From: Omnitrophica WOR_2 bacterium RIFOXYA2_FULL_38_17
GTDB lineage: Bacteria > Omnitrophota > Gorgyraeia > Zapsychrales > Zapsychraceae
Length of the DNA stretch: 64,000 bases
Reading direction: 5' to 3'
Assembly: GCA_001805965.1 (NCBI GenBank)
Contig: MHHG01000024.1
Coordinates: 1,384-65,383, forward strand
Part shown: piece by piece, positions 1 to 8,790 of the stretch
Position numbering within the stretch: the first letter of the stretch is position 1
How the letters are laid out: each line of letters starts with the position of its first letter
Notes under the pieces: generated by a model
What the model saw: only the letters and a program-made list of their open reading frames with translations
Databases searched by the model: none
Told to the model about the DNA's origin: nothing
Program-made: the position numbers and the translations under genes

Positions 1-306
1 TAGGTATAAGAATATATGGTTTACAGTCTCTTTAACTCATAAGCATATTACCGTGATGGCGCAGCTCATAAGAACATCTTCTATGCAAACAACAAGTGAG
101 ATATTGGTTGAGATAAACAAGGCAAGGCATAAGCTTGTGCCTGGAAAAGCGCATACGGTTGCTTTATAAAGGGTCTTTCTTTGCAATCATTGCAAGGAAG
201 AGGGGACACAATCTGTAAATAAATATCTGAACCCTTGTGTCCCATTAATTTTATTATTAACAAAAGTCCTCAACATAACAATGAAAAGATTTATAAAAGG
301 AATTTT

Positions 307-1413
307 ATGAAAAAAAAGATCTTGCATAATGTTTTTCTTTCGTCAATATCTCAAAATGTCGGAAAAACCACGATTGCTTTAGGGCTTTATCAAGCATTTA
401 ATGAAAGAAAGATAAGAACAGCGTTCATTAAGCCCGTTGGACAGCAGGTTGTCAATGTTGGTAATTCTAATATTGATAAAGATTCGTACTTGATCGGGGA
501 AGTTTTTCATTGTGCTAAGAATTTCAAAGAAATGAGCCCGGTAACGGTAGGGAGAGGTTTTACAGAAAAATATATTTTTCATCCACAAAAAAATATGCTC
601 AAAAATAATATTGAAAAAGCATTTAATGCTTTGATCAAAGCAAAAGATGCAATTATTGTTGAAGGGACCGGGCACTGTGGGGTTGGCTCTGTAATTGATT
701 TTTCAAATGCTGATGTTGCAAAATTACTTCATTCTAAGGTCATAATAATCAGTGAAGGCGGAATAGGAAAAAGTATTGATGAGATTATGCTGAACAAGGG
801 ATTGTTTGATCTTAACGGAGTTGAAGTTATGGGAGTGATCATCAATAAGGTTTTATCCGAAAAATATGAAAAGGTCAAAAGAGCCCTGGAAAGAGGATTG
901 AAGAACAAAGGCCTGAATTTGCTCGGGGTAATTCCTGATAGGCCTTTATTAAGTTCGCCTACGATCATGCAGATCAAGGATAAATATAAATTTGAATTAT
1001 TGTGCGGAGAAACTGAAGTCTCAAGACGTGTAAAGCATGTTATTGTCGCGGCCATGGAGCCACACAACATGGTTCATCATCTTGAAGACGGCACTTTGGT
1101 CCTTGTTTCCGGGGACCGAATTGATAATATATTACTAGCAGTAAGTTCGCACCTTGTAGGCAGTCAAAAGGATTTTCAGATCGCAGGTATTATTTTGACG
1201 GGAGGGCTGATGCCCAATGAAAAGATCGTTGATCTTCTCAGCAAAAGTAAAATACCTGTTTTGATAGACAAAGAAGACACGTATTCTGTTGCTGCAAAAC
1301 TTGAAAATTTAATATGTAAAATAGAAAAGACAGATAAAGACAAGATCGCGGAAATAGGACGGCTTGTAAAAAAATATGTTGATATAGACCAGATATTGGA
1401 ATTATCAAAATAA
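307..1413 (+). CDS. DRTGG-domain protein resembling the N-terminal BioD-like + DRTGG portion of phosphotransacetylase; no acetyltransferase domain
   Basis: ORF 235..1413 trimmed to the internal ATG at 307 (MKKKIL...). The VGKTTIALGL...FIKPVGQQ P-loop-like N-terminus and the later DRTGG-type region are recognised by eye. It ends 22 nt before the GAF-ANTAR gene. Confidence 0.5.
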   Translation: MKKKILHNVFLSSISQNVGKTTIALGLYQAFNERKIRTAFIKPVGQQVVNVGNSNIDKDSYLIGEVFHCAKNFKEMSPVTVGRGFTEKYIFHPQKNMLKNNIEKAFNALIKAKDAIIVEGTGHCGVGSVIDFSNADVAKLLHSKVIIISEGGIGKSIDEIMLNKGLFDLNGVEVMGVIINKVLSEKYEKVKRALERGLKNKGLNLLGVIPDRPLLSSPTIMQIKDKYKFELLCGETEVSRRVKHVIVAAMEPHNMVHHLEDGTLVLVSGDRIDNILLAVSSHLVGSQKDFQIAGIILTGGLMPNEKIVDLLSKSKIPVLIDKEDTYSVAAKLENLICKIEKTDKDKIAEIGRLVKKYVDIDQILELSK

Positions 1414-1435
1414 ATCTTGAAAGGGTGGAAAGTTA

Positions 1436-2671
1436 ATGGCGGACAATAAAAAGACCAGTACAACATTGGCTATAGGGCAAAAGCAAGAGCTCACTATCCT
1501 TAGGAAAATAGTAGAGCTGACAAATACAGAATTAGACCTTAAAAAAATATTAAATGAAACCGTAAAAGTCGTTTCTGAAATGACTAAGGCAGACTCCGTT
1601 TTTGTTTATCTTTTTGACGATGTTAAAAGAAGCTTTGTACTTATGGCATCAAAAACGCCTCATGCAAAAGAATTAGGTGAGGTTAATTTAAAAACAGGCG
1701 AAGGGATCACAGGTTGGGTTGCCAAACAAAATAAACCTGTTGTTATAAAGGAAATGGCTTTTGCAGACCCAAGATTCAAAAGCTTTGATGTTTTGCCTGA
1801 AGATAAATACGAGGCATTTCTGTCGGTACCGATAGTTTATAAAAACAAAGCAATAGGTGTAGTCAATGTCCAGCATAAAAAGCCTCATGATTATGCTCAG
1901 AACACAACCGAGTTGATATCTGTGATAGCAAAACAAATAGGCGGGGTCATTGAAAATGCCAGGCTTTATGAGGAGAAAAAGACCAAGGCTTTGCAGTTTG
2001 ATAGCCTGGTCAAAGTAAGCAAGTCGATCACATCCCAGGATTATTTAGATGAGATTTTAAGTCTTATAGTTGTTGTGACGGCAGAGATGCTTAATTCAAA
2101 AATATGCTCGATCATGCTGTTAGATAAAAAAGCCAAAGAGCTGATCATTAAGGCGACGCAAAGCCTGAGTGAAGAATATAAGAAAAAACCGAACATAAAA
2201 GTCAATGCAAGTATCAGTGGCGATGTTGTCAAAAGCAAGAAACCAATAGCTATCTATGATGTTCGTAATGAAAAGAAATATGCCTTTAGGGATATTGCAA
2301 TAAAGGAAAAGCTGACATCAATGCTGGCTGTTCCGATGATCGTGAAAAATAATGCAATAGGTATTATCAATATCTATACAAAAACGCCTCATTCCTTCTC
2401 CCAGGAAGAGATCGATGTGCTGCAGCTGGTAGCTAATCAGGCTGCAATAGCTATTGAAAATACTAAGCTGGTTGAGGACGCTGTTAAAGCAAAAGAAGCG
2501 CTTGAAACAAGGAAGGTAATTGAGAGAGCTAAAGGCATATTAATGAAAATGGGTAGCTTAAATGAGCAGGAGGCATATAAGCTAATACATAAGAAGAGCA
2601 TGGATTCATGTAAGCAAATGAAGGAAATTGCTGAATCTATTATCTTGATGGAAGAGTTGCAGCGACAATGA
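1436..2671 (+). CDS. GAF-GAF-ANTAR RNA-binding transcription antiterminator (paralog 1)
   Basis: 411 aa with two GAF-like blocks. The C-terminal ALETRKVIERAKGILMKMGSLNEQEAYKLIHKKSMD segment is a typical ANTAR helix bundle (AmiR/NasR/EutV-like). It is ~60% identical to the protein at 12988..14235. Confidence 0.8.
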   Translation: MADNKKTSTTLAIGQKQELTILRKIVELTNTELDLKKILNETVKVVSEMTKADSVFVYLFDDVKRSFVLMASKTPHAKELGEVNLKTGEGITGWVAKQNKPVVIKEMAFADPRFKSFDVLPEDKYEAFLSVPIVYKNKAIGVVNVQHKKPHDYAQNTTELISVIAKQIGGVIENARLYEEKKTKALQFDSLVKVSKSITSQDYLDEILSLIVVVTAEMLNSKICSIMLLDKKAKELIIKATQSLSEEYKKKPNIKVNASISGDVVKSKKPIAIYDVRNEKKYAFRDIAIKEKLTSMLAVPMIVKNNAIGIINIYTKTPHSFSQEEIDVLQLVANQAAIAIENTKLVEDAVKAKEALETRKVIERAKGILMKMGSLNEQEAYKLIHKKSMDSCKQMKEIAESIILMEELQRQ

Positions 2672-4209
2672 AATCATTTCTCTTAGCACACAAAGATAAT
2701 AAGTATGTTGTGCCGGCTGCGCTTTTAGTTTTCAGCTTTTTAATAAGAATGAGCTTGATCAGCAAAGGGCCGTATAGCCTCGATTCTTTAGCTGTAGTAA
2801 ATGCAGCACTTCAAACAATCAAAACCCACCAGATTCAATATTTCCACGAGTTTCAATATCCTTTAGCTGTTATTTTTCTTGTAGGATTTATAAACTTTTT
2901 TAGATTGTTTGCAGTTGATGACCCGGTATTTTTATATAACCTTATAAGCGTTGTGTTCAGCTCAATAAGCGTTGTGTTGTTTTATGTTTTGATCAAGCCT
3001 ATCCTAAATAAACCTGCGGCTTTTTTTACGGCTATTTTGTTTTCCTTATGTCCGATCTATTTAGGTTTATCTGTTTATGGAACAAGCAATATCTTAAGCT
3101 TGTTCTTTCTTTTTTTGTGCTTTGTGAGCATGAGCCAATATTTTTCGCTGCAAGACAACAAATATTATTTCATCAGCTCTTTTAGTTTAGGGCTGATGGC
3201 TGCAGCAAGGCTACAGGAAATGTTCTTTTTGTTACCTGCTGTTTTTTGTTTTTTTGTTTTTCCACCTTTTAAAAAAATCAGCGAAGATGGCTCCGAACAA
3301 ACCATTCCGGGGGGGAGCCTGAATGGTTTTGTACCATATCTTTTTCTTGCTTTTGCAGTAGGAGCGCTTTTTTATTTTCCGGCGCTTTTAAGATATATCA
3401 AGTCCCCTGAAACCCCTTTTCTTCTGGAGGTCTTGGCTGACAATGTTCCAAGGAGAGGTTTTATTCCTTTCTTTATAGGATCGCTGGTCAGAAATGTAGA
3501 GTTTATCAAAATGTCTTTTTCTTCAACTGGGCTTTTGCTTTCAGTTGTTGGTTTAGCATTAATGCTTTTTTCACATAGAAAAGCCTTGTCCCTATGCTTA
3601 GCCTGGATAATGGCCCCTTTATTCCTTTTGACTTGTTTTAGGATTACGGGGCCAAGGCTGCTTGTTTTGACTGTTCCAGCTTTTTATATAGGGCTGGGTT
3701 ATGTTATTTTTATACTTTTTCAAAAGAACAAATTAATGCGCTTAGCTGCTTTTGTGATATTTATCGGGATTATGTTCTCGAACTATTTAGCAATATACCC
3801 AATTTTATTACATAGGCATAATGCCGCTCTTTTGCCTGATTATGCAAGGAAGATCGGCGAGATTTCCAAGCCAAACGATGTGATCATATGTCACGACGAA
3901 GCCTTGTTTATACAATATTATGCAAAGCGCAAGACAATTTCGCGACCTTCCGAGAAGGATCTTTTTAGCAGGGAAGCTATGATGAAATTTAAAGATGAGA
4001 TCAGTGAAGTATTGGAGCAGGGAAACTCTGTTTATTTAACTTGGCCCGGGATGTTTGCATCTGGGCATCCACAAGTGCTGGAGTATTTAATGAATAAATA
4101 TTTTAAAGTTGAAGAAATCGGGATTATGCCATATGAGGATTGGCACAGAGGGCCTATTAGGCAGCAGCTTTACAATTTACCTATCTATCAATTAAAAAAA
4201 AAGAAATGA
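2668..4209 (+). CDS. Polytopic membrane protein, possibly a GT-C fold (ArnT/PMT-like) glycosyltransferase
   Basis: 513 aa with about 12 hydrophobic segments. The start overlaps the upstream stop (ATGA). The family assignment is tentative. Confidence 0.45.
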   Translation: MKSFLLAHKDNKYVVPAALLVFSFLIRMSLISKGPYSLDSLAVVNAALQTIKTHQIQYFHEFQYPLAVIFLVGFINFFRLFAVDDPVFLYNLISVVFSSISVVLFYVLIKPILNKPAAFFTAILFSLCPIYLGLSVYGTSNILSLFFLFLCFVSMSQYFSLQDNKYYFISSFSLGLMAAARLQEMFFLLPAVFCFFVFPPFKKISEDGSEQTIPGGSLNGFVPYLFLAFAVGALFYFPALLRYIKSPETPFLLEVLADNVPRRGFIPFFIGSLVRNVEFIKMSFSSTGLLLSVVGLALMLFSHRKALSLCLAWIMAPLFLLTCFRITGPRLLVLTVPAFYIGLGYVIFILFQKNKLMRLAAFVIFIGIMFSNYLAIYPILLHRHNAALLPDYARKIGEISKPNDVIICHDEALFIQYYAKRKTISRPSEKDLFSREAMMKFKDEISEVLEQGNSVYLTWPGMFASGHPQVLEYLMNKYFKVEEIGIMPYEDWHRGPIRQQLYNLPIYQLKKKK

Positions 4210-4325
4210 TTGCTCGAGAGTCAGAAAGGTATTATTTAAATATCAGTTGTAAAATGCTATTTTTGCTGGTTTAATTGTATAATTGAACAATCGGATGAAT
4301 CCTTTTAACAGGAACAGGTCTTTAA

Positions 4326-6509
4326 ATGAATAGATTTAGAAAGCTTTTAAATATAGTTCTTGGTGCTGTATTTTTTCTTTTGTTGTCAGCGCATGCCTTT
4401 GCTTCGTCCGGGCAAGCAGAAGGCGGAATAGTCGCAATAACCAGCTTGCTCGTGATCCAGTTAAGTGTAATATTATTTGCTGCTTGGGTTGGCAATCTTG
4501 CGTTCGCGAGGATGAAGCTGCCTGCAGTGCTCGGAGAGATCGTTGCCGGAGTTGTTATTGGCCCGTACTTTTTAGGGTCTTTTGGTTTTCCCGGTTTTGA
4601 ACATGGTCTTTTCCCGCCATCAGGTGATTTTCCAGTTTCAATAGAATTGTATAGCCTTGCAACAATAGCATCGATAATCTTATTGTTCTTTGTCGGACTT
4701 GAGACGGATATACAGACCTTTTTAAGATTTTCTTTTGCTGGCTCCATAGTTGGTGTTTTTGGTGTTATTTTTAGTTTTATAGCAGGCGATATTTTAGGTG
4801 TCATGTTAGCCCAAAACCTGATGGGGCAAAATTACAGTTTTACTCACCCGTTCTGTCTTTATCTGGGTGTTTTATCCACAGCTACTTCAGTTGGCATTAC
4901 TGCCCGTATTCTCTCAGAAAAAAGAAAAATGAATTCTCCCGAAGGGGTCACTATTCTAGCCGCAGCAGTTATTGATGATGTGTTGGGCATTATTATCCTC
5001 GCAATAATCCTTGGTATGGTAAAAAGTGGCCACATAGGATGGAAGGAAGTTTCCCTTATCTCCCTTAAAGCTTTTGGTATCTGGCTGGGATTTACCTTGG
5101 TGGGACTGAAATATTCTTTAAAGTTATCTGCTGTTCTTAACAAAATCAAAGACCAAAACACGATTGCTATATTAAGCCTTGGCCTTGCCTTGTTATTGGC
5201 GGGCATATTTGAGCATTTTGGTTTAGCGATGATCATAGGCGCTTATGTTATGGGGCTATCGTTATCTAAGACAGACCTTGCCTTTATTGTCCAAGAGAAG
5301 CTGGAAATGTTGCAGAAATTTTTAGTGCCAATCTTTTTTTGTGTAATGGGCATGCTGGTTAATTTAAAAGAAATGGCGTCATTGCAGATCATTAGTTTTG
5401 GAATGCTTTATGTTGTTATGGCAACTCTTGGCAAGATCATAGGGTGCAGCATTCCGGCATTATTCCTGAATTTTAATTTAAGGGGAGCTTTGCGTATTGG
5501 TGTTGGAATGGTCCCGAGAGGTGAAGTAGCTTTGATCATTGCAGGTATTGGGCTTTCTTCAGGGATCATTGATGATAAAGTTTTTAGCATTGTCATGATA
5601 ATGACATTTGTTACAACATTGATCACTCCTTTGGTCCTCGACAAGATGCTCGATTCAAAAAAGCCTGTTCTAAGGAAAGAGCAGGAGATCAAGGATGAAC
5701 AAAAGACGATAAAATATGAAATGCCAAGCGTGGAAACGGCAGAACTGCTTCTTGCTAAAGTTGTCACTGCATTTGAAAATGAGGGGTTTTTTGTTCACAG
5801 AATGGGTCGTGAAGAAAGGCTGTTTAAGATCAGAAAAGAAAGCGTCTTTATTGTCATGCGATACACTACACAAAGAATGGAATTTGATTGCAGCGAGATG
5901 GATGCGCCATTTATTCACACCTTGTTCTATGAAGTTATTGCGGAACTGGAGCATGCTATGCAGACATTGCAGACGTTAACAGACAAAAGTTCTATTGGTA
6001 AAAAGATATTTGATACACAAAAAATAATTGCAAATATCAATAGTGACAGAAAAAAGAAATTTCAGATCATTTCTTCCAAGGCCCTTAATGTTGATTTACA
6101 GGGCAGGTCAAAAGAAGAGATTCTTGCTGAACTTGTTGAGCTGTTAATAGAGTCAAAGCAATTAGACGCATCACAAAAAGAAGAAGTAGTTAAAGATCTT
6201 CTTAAAAGAGAGTTAATGATGTCGACTGGAATGCAAAATGGCATTGCGCTGCCTCATGCTAAAACAATAGCTGTGGACCATGTTGTTGCTGCAGTAGGCA
6301 TAAGCAAAGAGGGAGTGGATTTTGCATCTCTGGACAAAATACCATCTAAGATCTTTGTTTTAACTTTGGCCTCGAAAGAACACCCTCATGCATATTTACA
6401 GTCCATGTCGGAGATCAGCAGGTTTTTATCGAAAGAAGAGAACAGGGCGAAAATGATAGCGTGTACTACAAGAATACAATTGTTTGACGTGTTAAGCTTT
6501 CATATGTAA
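4326..6509 (+). CDS. Kef/CPA2-type cation:proton antiporter fused to a C-terminal PTS EIIA-Ntr (PtsN-like) domain
   Basis: 727 aa. A signal-like N-terminus is followed by about 12 TM helices of a Na+/H+ (K+/H+) exchanger fold. The C-terminal ~150 aa contain RELMMSTGMQNGIALPHAK, which matches the PtsN active-site region REKMGSTGIGNGIAIPHGK. Confidence 0.8.
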   Translation: MNRFRKLLNIVLGAVFFLLLSAHAFASSGQAEGGIVAITSLLVIQLSVILFAAWVGNLAFARMKLPAVLGEIVAGVVIGPYFLGSFGFPGFEHGLFPPSGDFPVSIELYSLATIASIILLFFVGLETDIQTFLRFSFAGSIVGVFGVIFSFIAGDILGVMLAQNLMGQNYSFTHPFCLYLGVLSTATSVGITARILSEKRKMNSPEGVTILAAAVIDDVLGIIILAIILGMVKSGHIGWKEVSLISLKAFGIWLGFTLVGLKYSLKLSAVLNKIKDQNTIAILSLGLALLLAGIFEHFGLAMIIGAYVMGLSLSKTDLAFIVQEKLEMLQKFLVPIFFCVMGMLVNLKEMASLQIISFGMLYVVMATLGKIIGCSIPALFLNFNLRGALRIGVGMVPRGEVALIIAGIGLSSGIIDDKVFSIVMIMTFVTTLITPLVLDKMLDSKKPVLRKEQEIKDEQKTIKYEMPSVETAELLLAKVVTAFENEGFFVHRMGREERLFKIRKESVFIVMRYTTQRMEFDCSEMDAPFIHTLFYEVIAELEHAMQTLQTLTDKSSIGKKIFDTQKIIANINSDRKKKFQIISSKALNVDLQGRSKEEILAELVELLIESKQLDASQKEEVVKDLLKRELMMSTGMQNGIALPHAKTIAVDHVVAAVGISKEGVDFASLDKIPSKIFVLTLASKEHPHAYLQSMSEISRFLSKEENRAKMIACTTRIQLFDVLSFHM

Positions 6510-6527
6510 ATTATTTTTTTTGCCCTA

Positions 6528-6556
6528 TTGACAAAATGTTTTATCTGTTGTATAGT
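6528..6556 (+). promoter_or_regulatory. Sigma-70-like promoter for the amt1 leader (TTGACA-17-TATAGT)
   Basis: TTGACA at 6528-6533, a 17-nt spacer, TATAGT at 6551-6556. Confidence 0.55.
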
Positions 6557-6580
6557 TTGTCTAGTTAAAGGGCACAGTGG

Positions 6581-6616
6581 TTCTCTTGAATCGACGGAGA
6601 TTCAGGGGGATTTTTT
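6581..6616 (+). terminator. Leader hairpin + U-tract (first attenuator-like element of amt1 leader)
   Basis: CTCTTGAATC-gacgga-GATTCAGGGGG followed by TTTTTT. Confidence 0.4.
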
Positions 6617-6666
6617 ATTGTAGAAATGATCTTAATTTAAGGTTTATTTAAGACAGGTAAAATAGC

Positions 6667-6717
6667 GGACGCAGATGTCCTCTTTCGGGCATAGTTGCTT
6701 GAAAGGGGATTTTTTTA
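6667..6717 (+). promoter_or_regulatory. ANTAR-target-like hairpin GGAC-gcagat-GTCC overlapping the 5' arm of an intrinsic terminator (attenuator 2 of amt1 leader)
   Basis: GGAC 6667-6670, hexaloop, GTCC 6677-6680. The terminator is GTCCTCTTTC...GAAAGGGGA followed by TTTTTTT (6711-6717). Confidence 0.6.
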
Positions 6718-6718
6718 T

Positions 6719-6777
6719 GGACAAGGTTGTCCTCTTTAGAACAGTTGTCAAACAACGGTTTTGAAGAGGACTTTTTT
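6719..6777 (+). promoter_or_regulatory. ANTAR-target hairpin GGAC-aaggtt-GTCC overlapping a terminator (attenuator 3 of amt1 leader)
   Basis: The hexaloop AAGGTT has A1/G4. The terminator is GTCCTCTT...AAGAGGAC (perfect 8 bp) followed by TTTTTT (6772-6777). Confidence 0.65.
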
Positions 6778-6824
6778 ATAGATGGAAGGTTAATTGCAAA
6801 TCAATAAATATAAGAGGAGGGAAT

Positions 6825-8168
6825 ATGTTCGGGAAATTATTAACAAAATATGCATCAAGCTTTATTGTCCTGCTGCTTGCTGTGGCAATGGCAATGAGCT
6901 TGTCTTCTACAGCAAGTGCCGCAACTGCGGATGAAGCTATGTTCACAGTAAACAATACCTGGATGCTTGTGGCAACGATACTGGTCTTTATTATGCATCT
7001 TGGTTTTGCCACTCTGGAATCAGGCTTGACAAGATCAAAGAACACGGTAAATATTATTTTTAAGAATGTTTTGATCGTAGCTATAGGGCTTTTAACATAT
7101 GCTATAGCCGGATTCAATTTAATGTATCCGGGTGATGCCTGGATATTGGGGAAGTTCTTTGGCTTTGGGGGTTTTGGTATATCCTCACCGGAAGGTGCTG
7201 CGGGGTTAATAGATTATGCAAATGGCGCTTATACTTATTGGACTGATTTTATTTTTCAGGCAATGTTCGCCGCTACGGCAGCTACAATTGTCTCAGGTGC
7301 GGTCGCTGAAAGAATAAAACTGCACAGCTTTTTACTGTTTTCAGTTATCTTTGTGGGGATAGTTTATCCCTTTGTTGGAAGCTGGAAATGGGGCGGGGGC
7401 TGGTTAGATGCAATGAATTTTTATGATTTTGCCGGGTCTACTTTGGTTCATTCTGTAGGAGGATGGGGGGCGTTGGCAGGTGTTATTGTTTTAGGCCCAA
7501 GAATCGGCAAATATACAAATGGTGCAGTAAAGGCTATTCCTGGCCATAGTTTGCCGTTAGCTGCTATCGGTGTATTCTTATTATGGTTTGGCTGGTTTGG
7601 TTTTAACGGAGGTTCAGTTCTTTCTGCTGATCCAGGAGCTGTTTCTCTTGTATTTGTAACAACTTCTTTGGCAGCAGCGGCAGGGATCATTACATCAATG
7701 GTTACTTCTGAAATAATTCAGAAAAAACCTGACCTTTCTATGGTGTTAAATGGGGCTTTGGCAGGTCTTGTAGGCATTACAGCAGGCGCTGATACCGTGT
7801 CTGTTCTCAGTGCAATTATTATAGGAGGGATCGCAGGGTTCTTGGTAGTTGTTGCTGTAATTATCTTTGACTCAAAATTAAAACTGGATGATCCTGTCGG
7901 GGCATTGTCAGTTCATTTGGTTTGCGGGGTTTGGGGGACTTTGGCTGTAGGCATCTTTAGCATAAATCCAGAGCACTCCTTTATAACTCAGCTGATAGGG
8001 GTAATGGCATATGCTGCAATTTGTTTTCCTGCGGCCTTTTTGATATTTTCAATAATAAAAATAACTATGGGCATTAGAGTTACAGAAGAACAAGAAAACA
8101 GAGGGCTTGACATTTGTGAGCATGGTATGGAATCATATGGAGGGTTTCAGGTTTTTACTAATCAATAA
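6825..8168 (+). CDS. amtB: Ammonium transporter Amt (copy 1)
   Basis: 447 aa with a signal peptide and 11 TM. Conserved Amt/MEP blocks are present (…GAVAERIK…, …WFGWFGFNGGS…, …HLVCGVWGTLAVG…). RBS is GAGGAGGG. Confidence 0.9.
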   Translation: MFGKLLTKYASSFIVLLLAVAMAMSLSSTASAATADEAMFTVNNTWMLVATILVFIMHLGFATLESGLTRSKNTVNIIFKNVLIVAIGLLTYAIAGFNLMYPGDAWILGKFFGFGGFGISSPEGAAGLIDYANGAYTYWTDFIFQAMFAATAATIVSGAVAERIKLHSFLLFSVIFVGIVYPFVGSWKWGGGWLDAMNFYDFAGSTLVHSVGGWGALAGVIVLGPRIGKYTNGAVKAIPGHSLPLAAIGVFLLWFGWFGFNGGSVLSADPGAVSLVFVTTSLAAAAGIITSMVTSEIIQKKPDLSMVLNGALAGLVGITAGADTVSVLSAIIIGGIAGFLVVVAVIIFDSKLKLDDPVGALSVHLVCGVWGTLAVGIFSINPEHSFITQLIGVMAYAAICFPAAFLIFSIIKITMGIRVTEEQENRGLDICEHGMESYGGFQVFTNQ

Positions 8169-8201
8169 TCTTAACAATATTAGATATGGAGGAATAAAAA
8201 A

Positions 8202-8543
8202 ATGAAATTGATCATAGCAATGATACAGCCTCATAAGTTGCCAGATGTAAAAAAAGCTCTGTTTGAGGCAGAGATACATAAAATGACTGTGACTAATGTT
8301 CTTGGCTGCGGTCAGCAAAGGGGGTTCAGTGAGACTTATAGAGGCGTAGTACATGAAGTTAATCTTTTAAAAAAAGTGCGTCTAGAAATTGCTGTAAATG
8401 AGGACTTTGTCGACGACACAATAAAGGCAATTATTAAAGGTGCCAAGACAGGCAATATCGGAGATGGCAAGATCTTCGTCATGGATCTTCAGCGATGCAT
8501 AAGGATAAGGACTGAAGATGAAGGGCACGATGCGATAGGGTAG
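8202..8543 (+). CDS. glnK: PII nitrogen regulatory protein (GlnK-like, copy 1)
   Basis: 113 aa. It has a PII fold signature with a T-loop (...[12 protein letters not shown]...) and the C-terminal ...GDGKIFV...RIRT... block. It lies immediately downstream of amt. Confidence 0.85.
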   Translation: MKLIIAMIQPHKLPDVKKALFEAEIHKMTVTNVLGCGQQRGFSETYRGVVHEVNLLKKVRLEIAVNEDFVDDTIKAIIKGAKTGNIGDGKIFVMDLQRCIRIRTEDEGHDAIG

Positions 8544-8553
8544 AATTTTAAGA

Positions 8554-8581
8554 TTGACAAATTTGAGATTAATGCTATATT
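8554..8581 (+). promoter_or_regulatory. Sigma-70-like promoter for the amt2 leader (TTGACA-16-TATATT)
   Basis: TTGACA 8554-8559, TATATT 8576-8581. Confidence 0.5.
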
Positions 8582-8595
8582 TATTTCAAATTTAA

Positions 8596-8650
8596 GGGCA
8601 ATGAAGTCCTCCATAGAAACAGCAGTGATGTTTTTGTGGGGGACTTTTTT
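8596..8650 (+). promoter_or_regulatory. ANTAR-target-like hairpin GGGC-aatgaa-GTCC overlapping a terminator (attenuator 1 of amt2 leader)
   Basis: Loop A1/G4. The terminator is GTCCTCCA...TGGGGGAC followed by TTTTTT (8645-8650). Confidence 0.6.
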
Positions 8651-8678
8651 ATTGCGGAAAACAAAGATGTTTTCAAGA

Positions 8679-8699
8679 TTTTCTGATTAGATCAGAAAA
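8679..8699 (+). promoter_or_regulatory. Perfect 9-bp hairpin with a triloop (TTTTCTGAT-tag-ATCAGAAAA), no U-tract
   Basis: Seen directly. It sits between the two amt2 attenuators, 3 nt upstream of the next GGAC hairpin. Confidence 0.4.
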
Positions 8700-8702
8700 C
8701 AA

Positions 8703-8765
8703 GGACAAAGAAGTCCTCTCGCAGAAGAATGAAGTTTTGTTCTTTAGCCAGAGGTCTTTTTTTTA
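8703..8765 (+). promoter_or_regulatory. ANTAR-target hairpin GGAC-aaagaa-GTCC overlapping a terminator (attenuator 2 of amt2 leader)
   Basis: GGAC 8703-8706, GTCC 8713-8716. The terminator is GTCCTCT...AGAGGTC followed by a 9-T run (8757-8765). Confidence 0.6.
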
Positions 8766-8790
8766 ACAAAACACAGAAAGGAAATTAACA

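Noticed and set aside
379-1466. Minus-strand ORFs 379..675, 729..1070, 1176..1466 inside the DRTGG gene
   Set aside because: They are antisense shadow ORFs fully embedded in a better-supported, longer coding frame. They have low-complexity translations and no RBS.
4322-5954. Minus-strand ORFs (4322..4804, 4859..5236, 5408..5767, 5670..5954) antisense to the antiporter gene
   Set aside because: They are embedded in the strongly supported transporter CDS. Their compositions are Pro/Lys/Ser-rich, typical of antisense reading of a membrane-protein gene.
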